Origin: Candidatus Stercoripulliclostridium sp. | GTDB taxonomy: Bacteria; Bacillota; Clostridia; Christensenellales; DTU072 | Assembly: GCA_045535235.1 (NCBI GenBank) | Contig: JAZSLG010000021.1 | Coordinates: 1 to 56,234, forward strand | DNA length: 56,234 nucleotides | Reading direction: 5' to 3' | In this document: positions 9,620 to 18,972 of the stretch, in pieces | Position numbering within the stretch: position 1 is the first letter of the stretch | How the letters are laid out: every line of letters starts with the position of its first letter | Position numbers and translations under genes: made by a program | The notes under the pieces: generated by a model | Seen by the model: only the letters and a program-made list of their open reading frames with translations | Databases searched by the model: none | What the model was told of the DNA's origin: nothing

Positions 9620-10638
9620 TTTCCTATACCAAGATATTCATTGGTCTTTGCAGTAGCCTCTTTGGAGGTTTGTTGCATACCCATAACAGCTCTTATGCCA
9701 TCCATGGTTTCGGGAATAGTAACTGCCTCTTGAGGAATATTTATGGCGTACATGATGCTATCGCCAGACTCAACTATACTATCTTCCCAAAGTGCGATTT
9801 CATACATATCGCCACGAGAATTACCAAGGTCACGAGCGTATCTAAATAAACTTGCATTGCCAAGGAAACCCTCTTTGATAGAAACTATACGGATACGAGG
9901 ATGTTTCTTGAATGCTTCCAGTGCCATTTCCTTTGTAATCTTTTGTTTACCAGTTGCAACTACGGTAATGATGTGTCCGTGAGTAATAGGAGTATGTACC
10001 AATATACCGGTTGCCTCTACGTGGGGCATTATAGTCATTAAGTCAACTGCTTGATGAGAAGGAGCTTTATCAATTTGAAGAGCGTTAGTTAAGCCTCTAT
10101 GATAATCACCGGGGTCAGCGACTCTACGAATAATGGTAATAGCTACTCTATCAATACCGAATTCTTTATCCAAGCAATCTACGCTACGGATAAGACCAGT
10201 AGTATTACAAGAAGTAAGTTTAAGGAAATCCTTATTTAATCCCTTTTCATAGTTTGCATAACCGTGGAAGAAAACGTCTGCTACAGAGTTCTTTTCACCG
10301 CCTTGGAAAATAGCCTTTTTACCAAGTCTTTCGTACAACTCCTTATTCTTTGCACCAATGCCACCGGGGGATGAATCCAAAACGACGTCACACTTTTTAA
10401 CCATATCTTCCATGGTACCGCTTACGGGAATACCAAGAGCTTCAAAATCTGCGCGTCTATCTTCACTTGCAAGATACAAATCATAGGGCATACCCTTTTC
10501 AAAGAGTGCTCTAACTGCTAGAGTGGGAGCAACGTCGGCAACTCCAACGAGTTCCATATCGCCTTGTAGTGCTACACCGTCAGCAAGACGTTGACCGATT
10601 ACACCATAACCGGCTACACCAACTTTAATTTTAGCCAT
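9607..10638 (-). CDS. gap: type II (archaeal-type) glyceraldehyde-3-phosphate dehydrogenase
   Basis: GYGVIGQRLADGVALQGDMELVGV N-terminus, FQGGEK, SCNTTGL catalytic motif. Confidence 0.88.
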   Translation of the reverse strand: MAKIKVGVAGYGVIGQRLADGVALQGDMELVGVADVAPTLAVRALFEKGMPYDLYLASEDRRADFEALGIPVSGTMEDMVKKCDVVLDSSPGGIGAKNKELYERLGKKAIFQGGEKNSVADVFFHGYANYEKGLNKDFLKLTSCNTTGLIRSVDCLDKEFGIDRVAITIIRRVADPGDYHRGLTNALQIDKAPSHQAVDLMTIMPHVEATGILVHTPITHGHIITVVATGKQKITKEMALEAFKKHPRIRIVSIKEGFLGNASLFRYARDLGNSRGDMYEIALWEDSIVESGDSIMYAINIPQEAVTIPETMDGIRAVMGMQQTSKEATAKTNEYLGIGKWKK

Positions 10639-10696
10639 AACAATCTCCTAAGTTATTTAATTTTTCTGAAAACTAACTCTACGAGTTAAACGTTTA

Positions 10697-11206
10697 TTAG
10701 TGCTTCTTATGATACAAGAAATCAAGTATAACCGCTAAAGTAATTACCAAAGAATCCTTTGCACCGTTAACGTCGATATCGTAAGTATCTGCTACTTTGA
10801 ATATGTGCTTGGAAATTTTAGCAACTTGAGGGCCATTCTTATCACCTTCGTGAACGTAGAAAGTCCAATTGGAGCCAACTCTACCTATAATCATGTAGTC
10901 GCCGAACACTTCGCTACTTACCTTAATTTTCTTACCTACGAAAGCATATTTTACGGCAACGGTTGCAAGAAGCCCTTGGCTCTTGTCTTCACCCTTATAA
11001 ATCTTAAATTTGGGATAGCCGGCCCAATGAATCATATTTTTGCGAACAAAATATAGGGGCTTTCCAGAAGCGGTTTCTAACCAGAACTTCTTGGGTACGG
11101 AAATCATTTTACTTCTGCAAGTATAGCGGGGATTGCCACTTGAATCGGTAATATCAAAACTGTCGTTAAATGCAAAATACTTTTGTCTAATTTGATAATG
11201 TGCCAT
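10697..11206 (-). CDS. LURP-one-related/scramblase family protein
   Basis: YQIRQKYFAFNDSFDI N-terminus, VAKISK, DTYDIDV, C-terminal LAVILD helix. Confidence 0.8.
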   Translation of the reverse strand: MAHYQIRQKYFAFNDSFDITDSSGNPRYTCRSKMISVPKKFWLETASGKPLYFVRKNMIHWAGYPKFKIYKGEDKSQGLLATVAVKYAFVGKKIKVSSEVFGDYMIIGRVGSNWTFYVHEGDKNGPQVAKISKHIFKVADTYDIDVNGAKDSLVITLAVILDFLYHKKH

Positions 11207-11262
11207 AAGTATTCTCCTTTATATATTTTTAGCGTTAGACACGCGTTTTTTAATTATTTATT

Positions 11263-11291
11263 ATAATAACACACACGCGCGCAAATTGCAA
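11263..11291 (-). promoter_or_regulatory. sigma70-type promoter with (CG)n/(TG)n spacer
   Basis: TTGCAA-tttgcgcgcgtgtgtgt(17)-TATTAT. Confidence 0.65.
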
Positions 11292-11305
11292 TATCTAATT
11301 TTTAA

Positions 11306-13030
11306 TTACACGTTTTGGTCGTGCAGTTTTTTGTACTTTCCATTAAGAGCAATAAGCTCATAGTGGGTTCCGCGTTCAACGATTTTACCATCTTCAATTA
11401 GTAAAATTTGGTCTGCGTTTCTTATAGTAGATAATCTATGCGCTATAGCAATAACGGTATGATTACCACAAAGGCTATTTATTGCTTGTTGGATTTGTTT
11501 TTCCGTGGTGCTATCAACGGAAGCTGTTGCTTCGTCAAGAATTATAATTGGAGCTTCTCTAAGCATTGCTCTAGCAATTGCTATTCTTTGCTTTTGTCCA
11601 CCACTAAGCTTTAGCCCACGCTCACCAACCTTACTGTCGTATCCTTCCGGCATATCCAAAATTTCGTCATTTATCTGCGCTTTGGTAGCTGAAGCTACAA
11701 TTTCCTCCATTTTTGCGGACGGTCTGGCATAAGCAATATTTTCAGCGACACTACCGTTAAACAAGAAAGTGTCTTGCAATACTGGGGCGATATTTGAACG
11801 CAGGCATTTGAGCGTAAGTTCTTTAACGTTATATCCGTCAATTAATATTTCTCCGCTATCCGGCTCGTAAAAACGAGGTATCAACTGGGTAATAGTCGTC
11901 TTACCGGCTCCGGTCGCTCCAACGAGCGCTACGGTTTCACCCGCTTTACAACTAAAAGAAATATCTTTTAGAACGGGAGTACCGTCTAAATAACCAAACG
12001 ATACGTTCCTAAACTCAATATTTCCTTTTAGCGCACCTACGTCTTTAGCGTCTTCCGCATCTTTAATTTGGATAGGAGTATCAAGTATTTCCAGCACGCG
12101 CTCACCAGAGGCTAACGCAGTTTGTGCGCTTTCTGCCAATCTACCCAGTCCTTCTATTGGAGCAAATAATAATGATAAGTACAACAAGAATGCAACGACG
12201 CTTTCAACGTCGATATTATTTTGGTAAGCAAGTAATCCGCCCACCCCTACGACCAATACCGTAGCAAGTGAAGAGGTAAATTCAATGAGTGGATGAAAGA
12301 ACCCCGAAATCTTGAGAGCTCTAATAATCGCAACACTATGTCTATCGGTAGCTTGTTTTACGTCGTCGTGTTCGTGTTCTTCTTGACTAAATGCTTGTAT
12401 TTCGTGTATGCCCGAAAAATTATCTTGCATCTCCGCAGAAATTTCCCCCGTCACCTTTTGGGCCTTGCGGAAATTGGGACGAACTTTTTTTGCGTAATAT
12501 ATTCCTGCAATGGCAACAAAGGGAACTATTATCATTGCTAAAAGAGCAAGTTTCCAATTTATGGTTAGCAACATTACGAGTACGCCGACGAAGGTAATAA
12601 CGTTTGTAATGCTCTCGGGAATAACGTGAGCGTATAGCATCTCGAAATTTGCGGTATCATTAATTACGCGTGACAATAAATCGCCCGTTTGTTTGTCACT
12701 AAAATAACTCATAGAGGACGATTGTATATGGTCGTATACTTTAACACGCATATTGTTTACCAATCTCCAAGCGGCAATATGCAACGTATAAGTAGAAAGG
12801 AATCTACAAACCAATTTTACTACGTATAATCCAAGCAAAACAAAAGCTAAGACAAGTATGGTATTCAAATCAGTTCCGTCAACTCCCGCCGATACTATTC
12901 CCGTCATAGATGACAAAACCTTTGGTGCAGCCAAAGTAACCAAGCTAGTCAAAATAACTGCGACGATGCCAACGACGTAGTATCTAACGTATTTTTTTGC
13001 TTCTTTACCCAATCTAAATAATACTTTCAT
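11306..13030 (-). CDS. ABC exporter, fused permease/ATP-binding protein
   Basis: N-terminal TM domain, Walker A GATGAGKT, LSGGQKQR, ILDEATAS. Confidence 0.93.
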   Translation of the reverse strand: MKVLFRLGKEAKKYVRYYVVGIVAVILTSLVTLAAPKVLSSMTGIVSAGVDGTDLNTILVLAFVLLGLYVVKLVCRFLSTYTLHIAAWRLVNNMRVKVYDHIQSSSMSYFSDKQTGDLLSRVINDTANFEMLYAHVIPESITNVITFVGVLVMLLTINWKLALLAMIIVPFVAIAGIYYAKKVRPNFRKAQKVTGEISAEMQDNFSGIHEIQAFSQEEHEHDDVKQATDRHSVAIIRALKISGFFHPLIEFTSSLATVLVVGVGGLLAYQNNIDVESVVAFLLYLSLLFAPIEGLGRLAESAQTALASGERVLEILDTPIQIKDAEDAKDVGALKGNIEFRNVSFGYLDGTPVLKDISFSCKAGETVALVGATGAGKTTITQLIPRFYEPDSGEILIDGYNVKELTLKCLRSNIAPVLQDTFLFNGSVAENIAYARPSAKMEEIVASATKAQINDEILDMPEGYDSKVGERGLKLSGGQKQRIAIARAMLREAPIIILDEATASVDSTTEKQIQQAINSLCGNHTVIAIAHRLSTIRNADQILLIEDGKIVERGTHYELIALNGKYKKLHDQNV

Positions 13031-13036
13031 ACTTTG

Positions 13037-13065
13037 ATTATACCACTAGTAAAATTTTTTTCCAA
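13037..13065 (-). promoter_or_regulatory. promoter for a probably leaderless ABC exporter mRNA
   Basis: TTGGAA-17-TATAAT-6 nt-ATG; no SD. Confidence 0.65.
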
Positions 13066-13115
13066 ATAAATAACTGTCGCGCGCGCAATAAATTTACTTA
13101 TTAATTCCCTATTAT

Positions 13116-13144
13116 TTGACTAACGCGCGCATGTATGGTATATT
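13116..13144 (+). promoter_or_regulatory. sigma70-type promoter of GS III
   Basis: TTGACT-aacgcgcgcatgtatgg(17)-TATATT. Confidence 0.7.
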
Positions 13145-13176
13145 TATATAAATATTGCACCCATAAGGAGTAGAAA

Positions 13177-15270
13177 ATGGACGCCTACTTACCAGAGATT
13201 TTTGGCTCGTTAGTCTTTAACGATAAAGTTATGCAAGATAGACTAGATACCGAAATCTACCAAGCATTGCAAAAAACTATAAAAGAGGGTACCCCTCTTA
13301 CCATAGACGTTGCAAACGCAATTGCTAGTGCAATGAAAGATTGGGCGTTGGAAAATGGTGCCACGCATTACACGCATTGGTTCCAACCCATGACGGGAAT
13401 TACAGCGGAAAAACACGATAGCTTCCTTGACGTTAATAAAAACGGCGAAGTTATAATGAAATTTGCGGGCAAAGCACTCATTAAAGGCGAGCCGGATGCA
13501 AGCAGTTTTCCCAGCGGAGGTTTAAGAGCAACTTTTGAAGCCCGCGGATATACCGCATGGGACCCCTCCAGTTACGCATTCATCAAAGACAGTACCCTTT
13601 GCATCCCAACGGCTTTCTGTTCTTATGGTGGTGAGATATTAGATAAAAAGACTCCCTTACTGCGCAGTATGGAAGCCTTAAACAAACAATCTTTGAGAAT
13701 TTTGAAACTGTTTGGTAATACGAAATCAACCAAAGTAAACGCTACTGTAGGTGCAGAACAAGAGTACTTTTTGATCGACAAAAAAGTGGGAGAAAAGCGC
13801 CTAGATATTATCCATTGCGGAAGGACATTGTTTGGAGCAAAACCGCCCAAAGGTCAGGAAATGGAAGACCATTACTTTGGTGCGATTAAGCCTCGCGTTT
13901 CTTTCTTTATGAAAGAGCTAGATAATAAACTTTGGGAACTTGGCGTACTTGCTAAAACGAAGCATAACGAAGCTGCTCCGGCACAACACGAACTTGCTCC
14001 GTTGTTCACAACGGTAAATTTAGCGACCGACCAAAATCAGCTTACCATGGAACTAATGAAAAGCGTCGCTCAAAAACAAGGGTTAATTTGTTTACTACAC
14101 GAAAAACCTTTTGAAGCCGTTAACGGTAGCGGTAAACATAACAACTGGTCCTTGTCCACCGATAACGGCATAAACCTTTTGGAACCCGGCGACACCCCCT
14201 ACGAAAACGCTCAGTTTCTCCTTTTCTTAACAGCTGTTATTAAGGCGGTTGACGAATACCAAGATTTACTGCGTCTAAGTGCAGCGAGCGCAGGAAACGA
14301 CTTACGTCTTGGTGCAAATGAAGCACCTCCTGCAATTGTTTCCATTTTCCTTGGCGACGAGCTTACGGACATATTGGAAGCCGTACAACACCACGCAACC
14401 TACAAAGGAAAGAAAAAGTCCAACATGCAAATTGGCGTATCCGTTCTTCCCGCTTTCCCCAAAGACACTACCGACCGCAATAGGACTTCCCCTCTTGCTT
14501 TTACCGGTAATAAGTTTGAGTTCAGAATGTTGGGGTCCAGCTTCAGTATAGCATGCACCAACTATATCATGAACGTCATTGTTGCCGAGTCGTTATCTCA
14601 ATTTGCCGACGTGTTGGAAAGTGCAGAAGATTTTAACAAATCTCTTAACGAGCTTATTGCAAAAACCTATAAAAAGCATAAGAGAATAATATACAACGGT
14701 AACGCTTATTCGCAAGAGTGGGTGGAAGAAGCAGAAAAACGCGGACTTTCCAATCTGGTATCCACCGTGGATGCAGTTCCTCATTTTGCCGATGAAAAGA
14801 ACGTTAAATTACTCGAAAAGCATGGCGTCCTATCAAAGAATGAAATACATTCACGCACCGAGATACTGCTTGATATCTATTCAAAGACGATTAATATAGA
14901 AGCTCTTACCATGCTCGATATGGCAAAAAAACAAATTTTACCTTCCGTACTTGCATACGAGAGAAAGCTAGTTGAAATGGCATTAAATAAAAAACGTCTT
15001 GATGAGAATATTGACCGTTCGGTGGAGTTAGATTTAATAGAAAAACTATCATCGCTTGCTAAAAATTTGTATAATAGCATTGATAAGCTTGAAGCGGATA
15101 CTATATCCTCAAATAAAGGTACTACTAGTCTGGAAATTGCACGCCATTATAGAGAAAAAGTATTCTTCGACATGCAAGCAGTACGTGAAAACTGTGACAA
15201 ATTAGAAAACTTGGTTGATAAAAACGATTGGCCATTCCCCACTTACGCAGACTTACTATACTCGATTTAA
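13177..15270 (+). CDS. glnN: glutamine synthetase type III
   Basis: 697 aa; THWFQPMTG, EPDASSFPSGGLRATFEARGY, HEKPF, NGSGKHNNW, DRNRTSP. Confidence 0.95.
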   Translation: MDAYLPEIFGSLVFNDKVMQDRLDTEIYQALQKTIKEGTPLTIDVANAIASAMKDWALENGATHYTHWFQPMTGITAEKHDSFLDVNKNGEVIMKFAGKALIKGEPDASSFPSGGLRATFEARGYTAWDPSSYAFIKDSTLCIPTAFCSYGGEILDKKTPLLRSMEALNKQSLRILKLFGNTKSTKVNATVGAEQEYFLIDKKVGEKRLDIIHCGRTLFGAKPPKGQEMEDHYFGAIKPRVSFFMKELDNKLWELGVLAKTKHNEAAPAQHELAPLFTTVNLATDQNQLTMELMKSVAQKQGLICLLHEKPFEAVNGSGKHNNWSLSTDNGINLLEPGDTPYENAQFLLFLTAVIKAVDEYQDLLRLSAASAGNDLRLGANEAPPAIVSIFLGDELTDILEAVQHHATYKGKKKSNMQIGVSVLPAFPKDTTDRNRTSPLAFTGNKFEFRMLGSSFSIACTNYIMNVIVAESLSQFADVLESAEDFNKSLNELIAKTYKKHKRIIYNGNAYSQEWVEEAEKRGLSNLVSTVDAVPHFADEKNVKLLEKHGVLSKNEIHSRTEILLDIYSKTINIEALTMLDMAKKQILPSVLAYERKLVEMALNKKRLDENIDRSVELDLIEKLSSLAKNLYNSIDKLEADTISSNKGTTSLEIARHYREKVFFDMQAVRENCDKLENLVDKNDWPFPTYADLLYSI

Positions 15271-15281
15271 TGGAGAAAAAA

Positions 15282-15698
15282 ATGGATTACGTTCAAAAGG
15301 CTAAAGATTATTTTTTACAAGGCTATAATTGCGCGCAGTCCGTAGCAATGGCGCTTGCTAGCACCGTAGGTATGAACGAGGACGACATGAGGGCCTTATC
15401 AAATCCTTTCGGCGGTGGTTTTTGCCGTTTGAGAGAAGTGTGCGGTGCAGTTAGCGGAATGCTCATGATAATCGGCTTAAAACACAAAGATATGAGCAAG
15501 ACGGAAATGTACAAACTGGGTCAAAGTGCAATTAAAGAATTTGAAGACACCTGTGGCTCCTACGTTTGCAGAGAGCTTATTAAAGCGGACGCAAACGATA
15601 CTTCACCCGTTCCTTCCAAACGTACCGACGTTTATTACGCCAAACGTCCTTGCCTAGAACTGGTAGCAATTGCGACTGAAATCGCAATAAAATATTAA
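15282..15698 (+). CDS. C-GCAxxG-C-C family putative redox protein
   Basis: YNCAQSV, EVCGAVSG, CRELI, C-terminal Cys; start set at ATG 15282 (SD GGAG). Confidence 0.85.
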   Translation: MDYVQKAKDYFLQGYNCAQSVAMALASTVGMNEDDMRALSNPFGGGFCRLREVCGAVSGMLMIIGLKHKDMSKTEMYKLGQSAIKEFEDTCGSYVCRELIKADANDTSPVPSKRTDVYYAKRPCLELVAIATEIAIKY

Positions 15699-15728
15699 TA
15701 TAAACTAATAATAAAGGAAGATACTGTC

Positions 15729-16430
15729 ATGACAAGATTTATAGCACATCGCGGTTTATCAAACGTTTATTATCAAAATAGCGAAAAGTCATTCAAAGCT
15801 GCAGCAGAAAGCTCATTCTTTTGGGGAATAGAAACTGACGTATGGTTTACGTCCGACCAAAAATGGGTATGTTGCCACGACAATAACCCATTTGCAGATG
15901 AAAGTGTTTCGGTATCCAAAATCACCCTTGAGGAAGCCCTAAAGTTGCCAATGAACTTAAATAAAGTTGGTAGCGCAAAAATAGATGGTGATAGTTATAT
16001 TTGTACTTTTGAAAACTACTTGAAAATATGCAAAAGCGGAGATAAGGTCCCAGTTATAGAGTTAAAATGCATTCCCACGCGTAATCAACTAAAAGATTTA
16101 ATTAGCATTGTAGAAGAAATAATTGGTATTGAAAACGTAGTCTTTATTTCATTCCACTATATGAACATGGCTAGACTACGTTCCATCAACAAAAAGATTA
16201 GATTGCAAGTTCTTGGCAGATATCCTGCTAGCGGTAGAGCCTTCCTTAACAAAGGATACGATATTGACCTTATGTTTATATTCTGTCCCGGATACATTAT
16301 TAGAAAAGCTCATAGGATGGGCCATGAGGTAAACCTTTGGACAATAAACCATTTAGCAGTCGTTCGTCATTTTATGTATCTAGGCGTTGATTATATCACT
16401 ACCGACTGTGACTTTGGCGGAAAAATTTAG
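15729..16430 (+). CDS. glycerophosphodiester phosphodiesterase family protein
   Basis: IAHRG, IETDV, HD, IELK, WTIN, GVDYITTD. Confidence 0.88.
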   Translation: MTRFIAHRGLSNVYYQNSEKSFKAAAESSFFWGIETDVWFTSDQKWVCCHDNNPFADESVSVSKITLEEALKLPMNLNKVGSAKIDGDSYICTFENYLKICKSGDKVPVIELKCIPTRNQLKDLISIVEEIIGIENVVFISFHYMNMARLRSINKKIRLQVLGRYPASGRAFLNKGYDIDLMFIFCPGYIIRKAHRMGHEVNLWTINHLAVVRHFMYLGVDYITTDCDFGGKI

Positions 16431-16454
16431 CACACTCAAAATAAAATAGTAATT

Positions 16455-16486
16455 AAAAAGGCTCGCTATTGCGAGCCTTAATTTTT
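16455..16486. terminator. bidirectional intrinsic terminator
   Basis: AAGGCTCGC-TATT-GCGAGCCTT between convergent genes. Confidence 0.8.
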
Positions 16487-16496
16487 TACTTTAGTA

Positions 16497-16742
16497 TTAT
16501 TTCTTTTTACCCCAATCAGAATAATCAAAACCGATTGCTTGAGGGTTGGGATTAATTTTTAATTGTAGTCCACCATTTTCATCCGCGCCAAAGGACATAG
16601 TAGGATTAAGTTGGAACTTCGGAATTGGCATTTGAATGGGGCAACTAAATGCTTGATTGGAAGAAAGACGATATTTTTTACCGCCGTACTCTATAATTTG
16701 ACCATCTAATGAATTATGTTCAGGAGCCTTATAATTTGCCAT
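16497..16742 (-). CDS. small hypothetical protein (81 aa)
   Basis: SD GAGGTG, own promoter and downstream terminator. Confidence 0.7.
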   Translation of the reverse strand: MANYKAPEHNSLDGQIIEYGGKKYRLSSNQAFSCPIQMPIPKFQLNPTMSFGADENGGLQLKINPNPQAIGFDYSDWGKKK

Positions 16743-16826
16743 AGTACACCTCTCTCACAAATATATTACTAGTTTATCACAAACGATATGATAATTCAAG
16801 AGTAAATATTTATTTTTTTGAATTTT

Positions 16827-17252
16827 TTAGTCGTTGGTATAAGTTTCCAATTTAATATCACTTGCACCGTACTTCTTCAAATAACGTTTGAATAACTTTA
16901 CCGGGTTAAGATACCATCTTTCCATGTGTTCTTTGGAAGTACATAGTACCATTACGGAAGCACCCAATTCTTTTGCCTTTGGACAAGAAAACTCGGCGTT
17001 TTGTTTGGTGGTCAACGACTTGTCTTCTTTTATTATGACCTCCGAAGGAATGCCTGCCTCGAGCAAATATTCCTCCATTTTGTCCGCCTCGGCAACACCA
17101 GCCTTCGGATTTGCAATCCCTCCCGATACTATTATCTTGTCGGGTGAAAATTTATTATAATAGTCAACGCAAAGTGAAAGCCTTAGCTTCATTTTTTCCG
17201 ACAAGGTTCCGTCGTCGTTCATTCTGTTTCCTAGTAATACGAATACTTTCAT
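16827..17252 (-). CDS. YdcF/DUF218 family protein
   Basis: VLLG, IIVSGG, EADKM, EDKSLTTKQNA, TSKEHMER. Confidence 0.88.
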   Translation of the reverse strand: MKVFVLLGNRMNDDGTLSEKMKLRLSLCVDYYNKFSPDKIIVSGGIANPKAGVAEADKMEEYLLEAGIPSEVIIKEDKSLTTKQNAEFSCPKAKELGASVMVLCTSKEHMERWYLNPVKLFKRYLKKYGASDIKLETYTND

Positions 17253-17665
17253 AGTTTTATCAGATTTAATCCTATCTCCTCGTTAAATTCTCTTTCAACC
17301 ACCACGTCAAAAATGTCCAATACAAGTTCTGCCGTAGCACTAACGTAAGACTCGTTAACGTGTCCTCCGTATACGTTATTGATAGATGCAAATGCGCCGT
17401 GAATATGCACGTATGGAGTACCGTTCATCCTACTTAGGTTGCCTGAAATTGATAATATCTCCATATCTTCTTTAATGTTTTTTTTGTGATATTCCTTTGT
17501 AGATGCATCAAAAACGCCTATCGTAATATTGTTAGTAGCACCTATACCCGACACTCTACCACTTTTAATGGAAAGCTCTTCTATTAGTACTAAAAGCGAA
17601 GAAATTATTTCTTCGCCTTTTTGCAGTCTAACAATTGCTACGTTATTTTCTACTTTGTATTCCAT
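17249..17665 (-). CDS. PPC domain (DUF296) protein
   Basis: VRLQKGEEI, SGIGA, EILSISGN, HIH, GGH; start at ATG 17665 coupled to the upstream stop. Confidence 0.88.
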   Translation of the reverse strand: MEYKVENNVAIVRLQKGEEIISSLLVLIEELSIKSGRVSGIGATNNITIGVFDASTKEYHKKNIKEDMEILSISGNLSRMNGTPYVHIHGAFASINNVYGGHVNESYVSATAELVLDIFDVVVEREFNEEIGLNLIKL

Positions 17666-18846
17666 TATACCATTTCCCTTAAGATTTCTATTACTATGGT
17701 CAACATACGTAATACGTGGAATGGCCCCTTGTAGGTATGTCCTTTGCAAGGAGGTTCCGTGGGTTTACCTTCGCGACGAAGATAGCCGTACCATTCACCA
17801 TACTTGAAATCACTAAAATGATCGAACGCATAATCTACTACCCTTTCAAAAATTGAAAAATAGTTTTCATTGCCGGTTTCTTTGTAAAGTTTTAAGGAAG
17901 CAATTATGGCTTCGTTATGGGGCCACCACAATTTCATATCATGTTCGTATGCTTCCACCGGATATCCTTCGTAATCTTTGAAATACAATATACCGCCATA
18001 CACTTCATCCCATCCGAACTCAAAAGCAGTATCAAAAACCTTCCTCGAAAAACTAAGTAATTCCTCGTCCCCGCTATATATAGCTTGGTCTAATAGAAAC
18101 CAACTTAGCTCTATAGAATGTCCCGGATTAATAACTCTGGCGCCGGCGCTTTCTCGATAATATTCACCATTTACGCCTATGCTTTCTAGCATAAATCCGG
18201 TATCTTTAATATTGAATGCTTTAATATCTTCAACAAGCTCAGTAGCTACTTTGTCGTAATAAGATACTTTTTCTTTGTCACAGTCCCTAAGTACACAAGT
18301 AACGTTAAGAAGAATCATGGGTAGATTTAACGCTTTACTGTCGCGAGTACCTGGCACACTCTTTGGTGTAATTTTATATGGGTCGGTAGAAGGGTCACGA
18401 TACATACCCAAGCAAAAATCGTAATACTTCCTTGCGTTTAGCAAACATTCTTCGTCACCAGTCGCTTTATAATACTCGGCACAAGCTATAATATAGAAGG
18501 TTTCCGAGAACATATATCTTCTTTTGCGAAGGGGTTTACCATCTGCGGTAACGGTAAAATACATTCTACCATCTTCATCTATACAATGGGCGTTAATAAA
18601 ATCTATACAAGACTTTGCAACGGGCAAATATTCTTTTTTGCCAAAAGCATTTGCCATGCGTGAGAACATATATCCTGCTCTTCCTTGCATCCATACGCCT
18701 TTATCGGTCGAATAAATATTTCCCTCTCTATCAAGGCTAGTGTACATACCGCCATTAACGGTATCGTATCCGTGTTTTAGCCAGAAAGGTACGCAACTTT
18801 CAAACAACTCTTTTTCAAACAAATGTAAATAATCTTTCTTTTCCAT
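17665..18846 (-). CDS. N-acylglucosamine 2-epimerase (AGE family)
   Basis: DKGVWMQGR, NPGHSIE, KLWWPHNE, GEWYGYL, KGPFH; start likely at second ATG (18846). Confidence 0.9.
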   Translation of the reverse strand: MEKKDYLHLFEKELFESCVPFWLKHGYDTVNGGMYTSLDREGNIYSTDKGVWMQGRAGYMFSRMANAFGKKEYLPVAKSCIDFINAHCIDEDGRMYFTVTADGKPLRKRRYMFSETFYIIACAEYYKATGDEECLLNARKYYDFCLGMYRDPSTDPYKITPKSVPGTRDSKALNLPMILLNVTCVLRDCDKEKVSYYDKVATELVEDIKAFNIKDTGFMLESIGVNGEYYRESAGARVINPGHSIELSWFLLDQAIYSGDEELLSFSRKVFDTAFEFGWDEVYGGILYFKDYEGYPVEAYEHDMKLWWPHNEAIIASLKLYKETGNENYFSIFERVVDYAFDHFSDFKYGEWYGYLRREGKPTEPPCKGHTYKGPFHVLRMLTIVIEILREMV

Positions 18847-18852
18847 GCCCAT

Positions 18853-18881
18853 ATTATACTACATAAATATATATATTTCAA
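18853..18881 (-). promoter_or_regulatory. promoter for a probably leaderless AGE mRNA
   Basis: TTGAAA-17-TATAAT-6 nt-ATG; no SD. Confidence 0.65.
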
Positions 18882-18972
18882 TAATTATTTTTAATATATA
18901 AACAGTCTATTGACAAATTTCCCAACATTTGATATTATCTTTAACAATTAAAATCTACAAGGAGGTATAACT

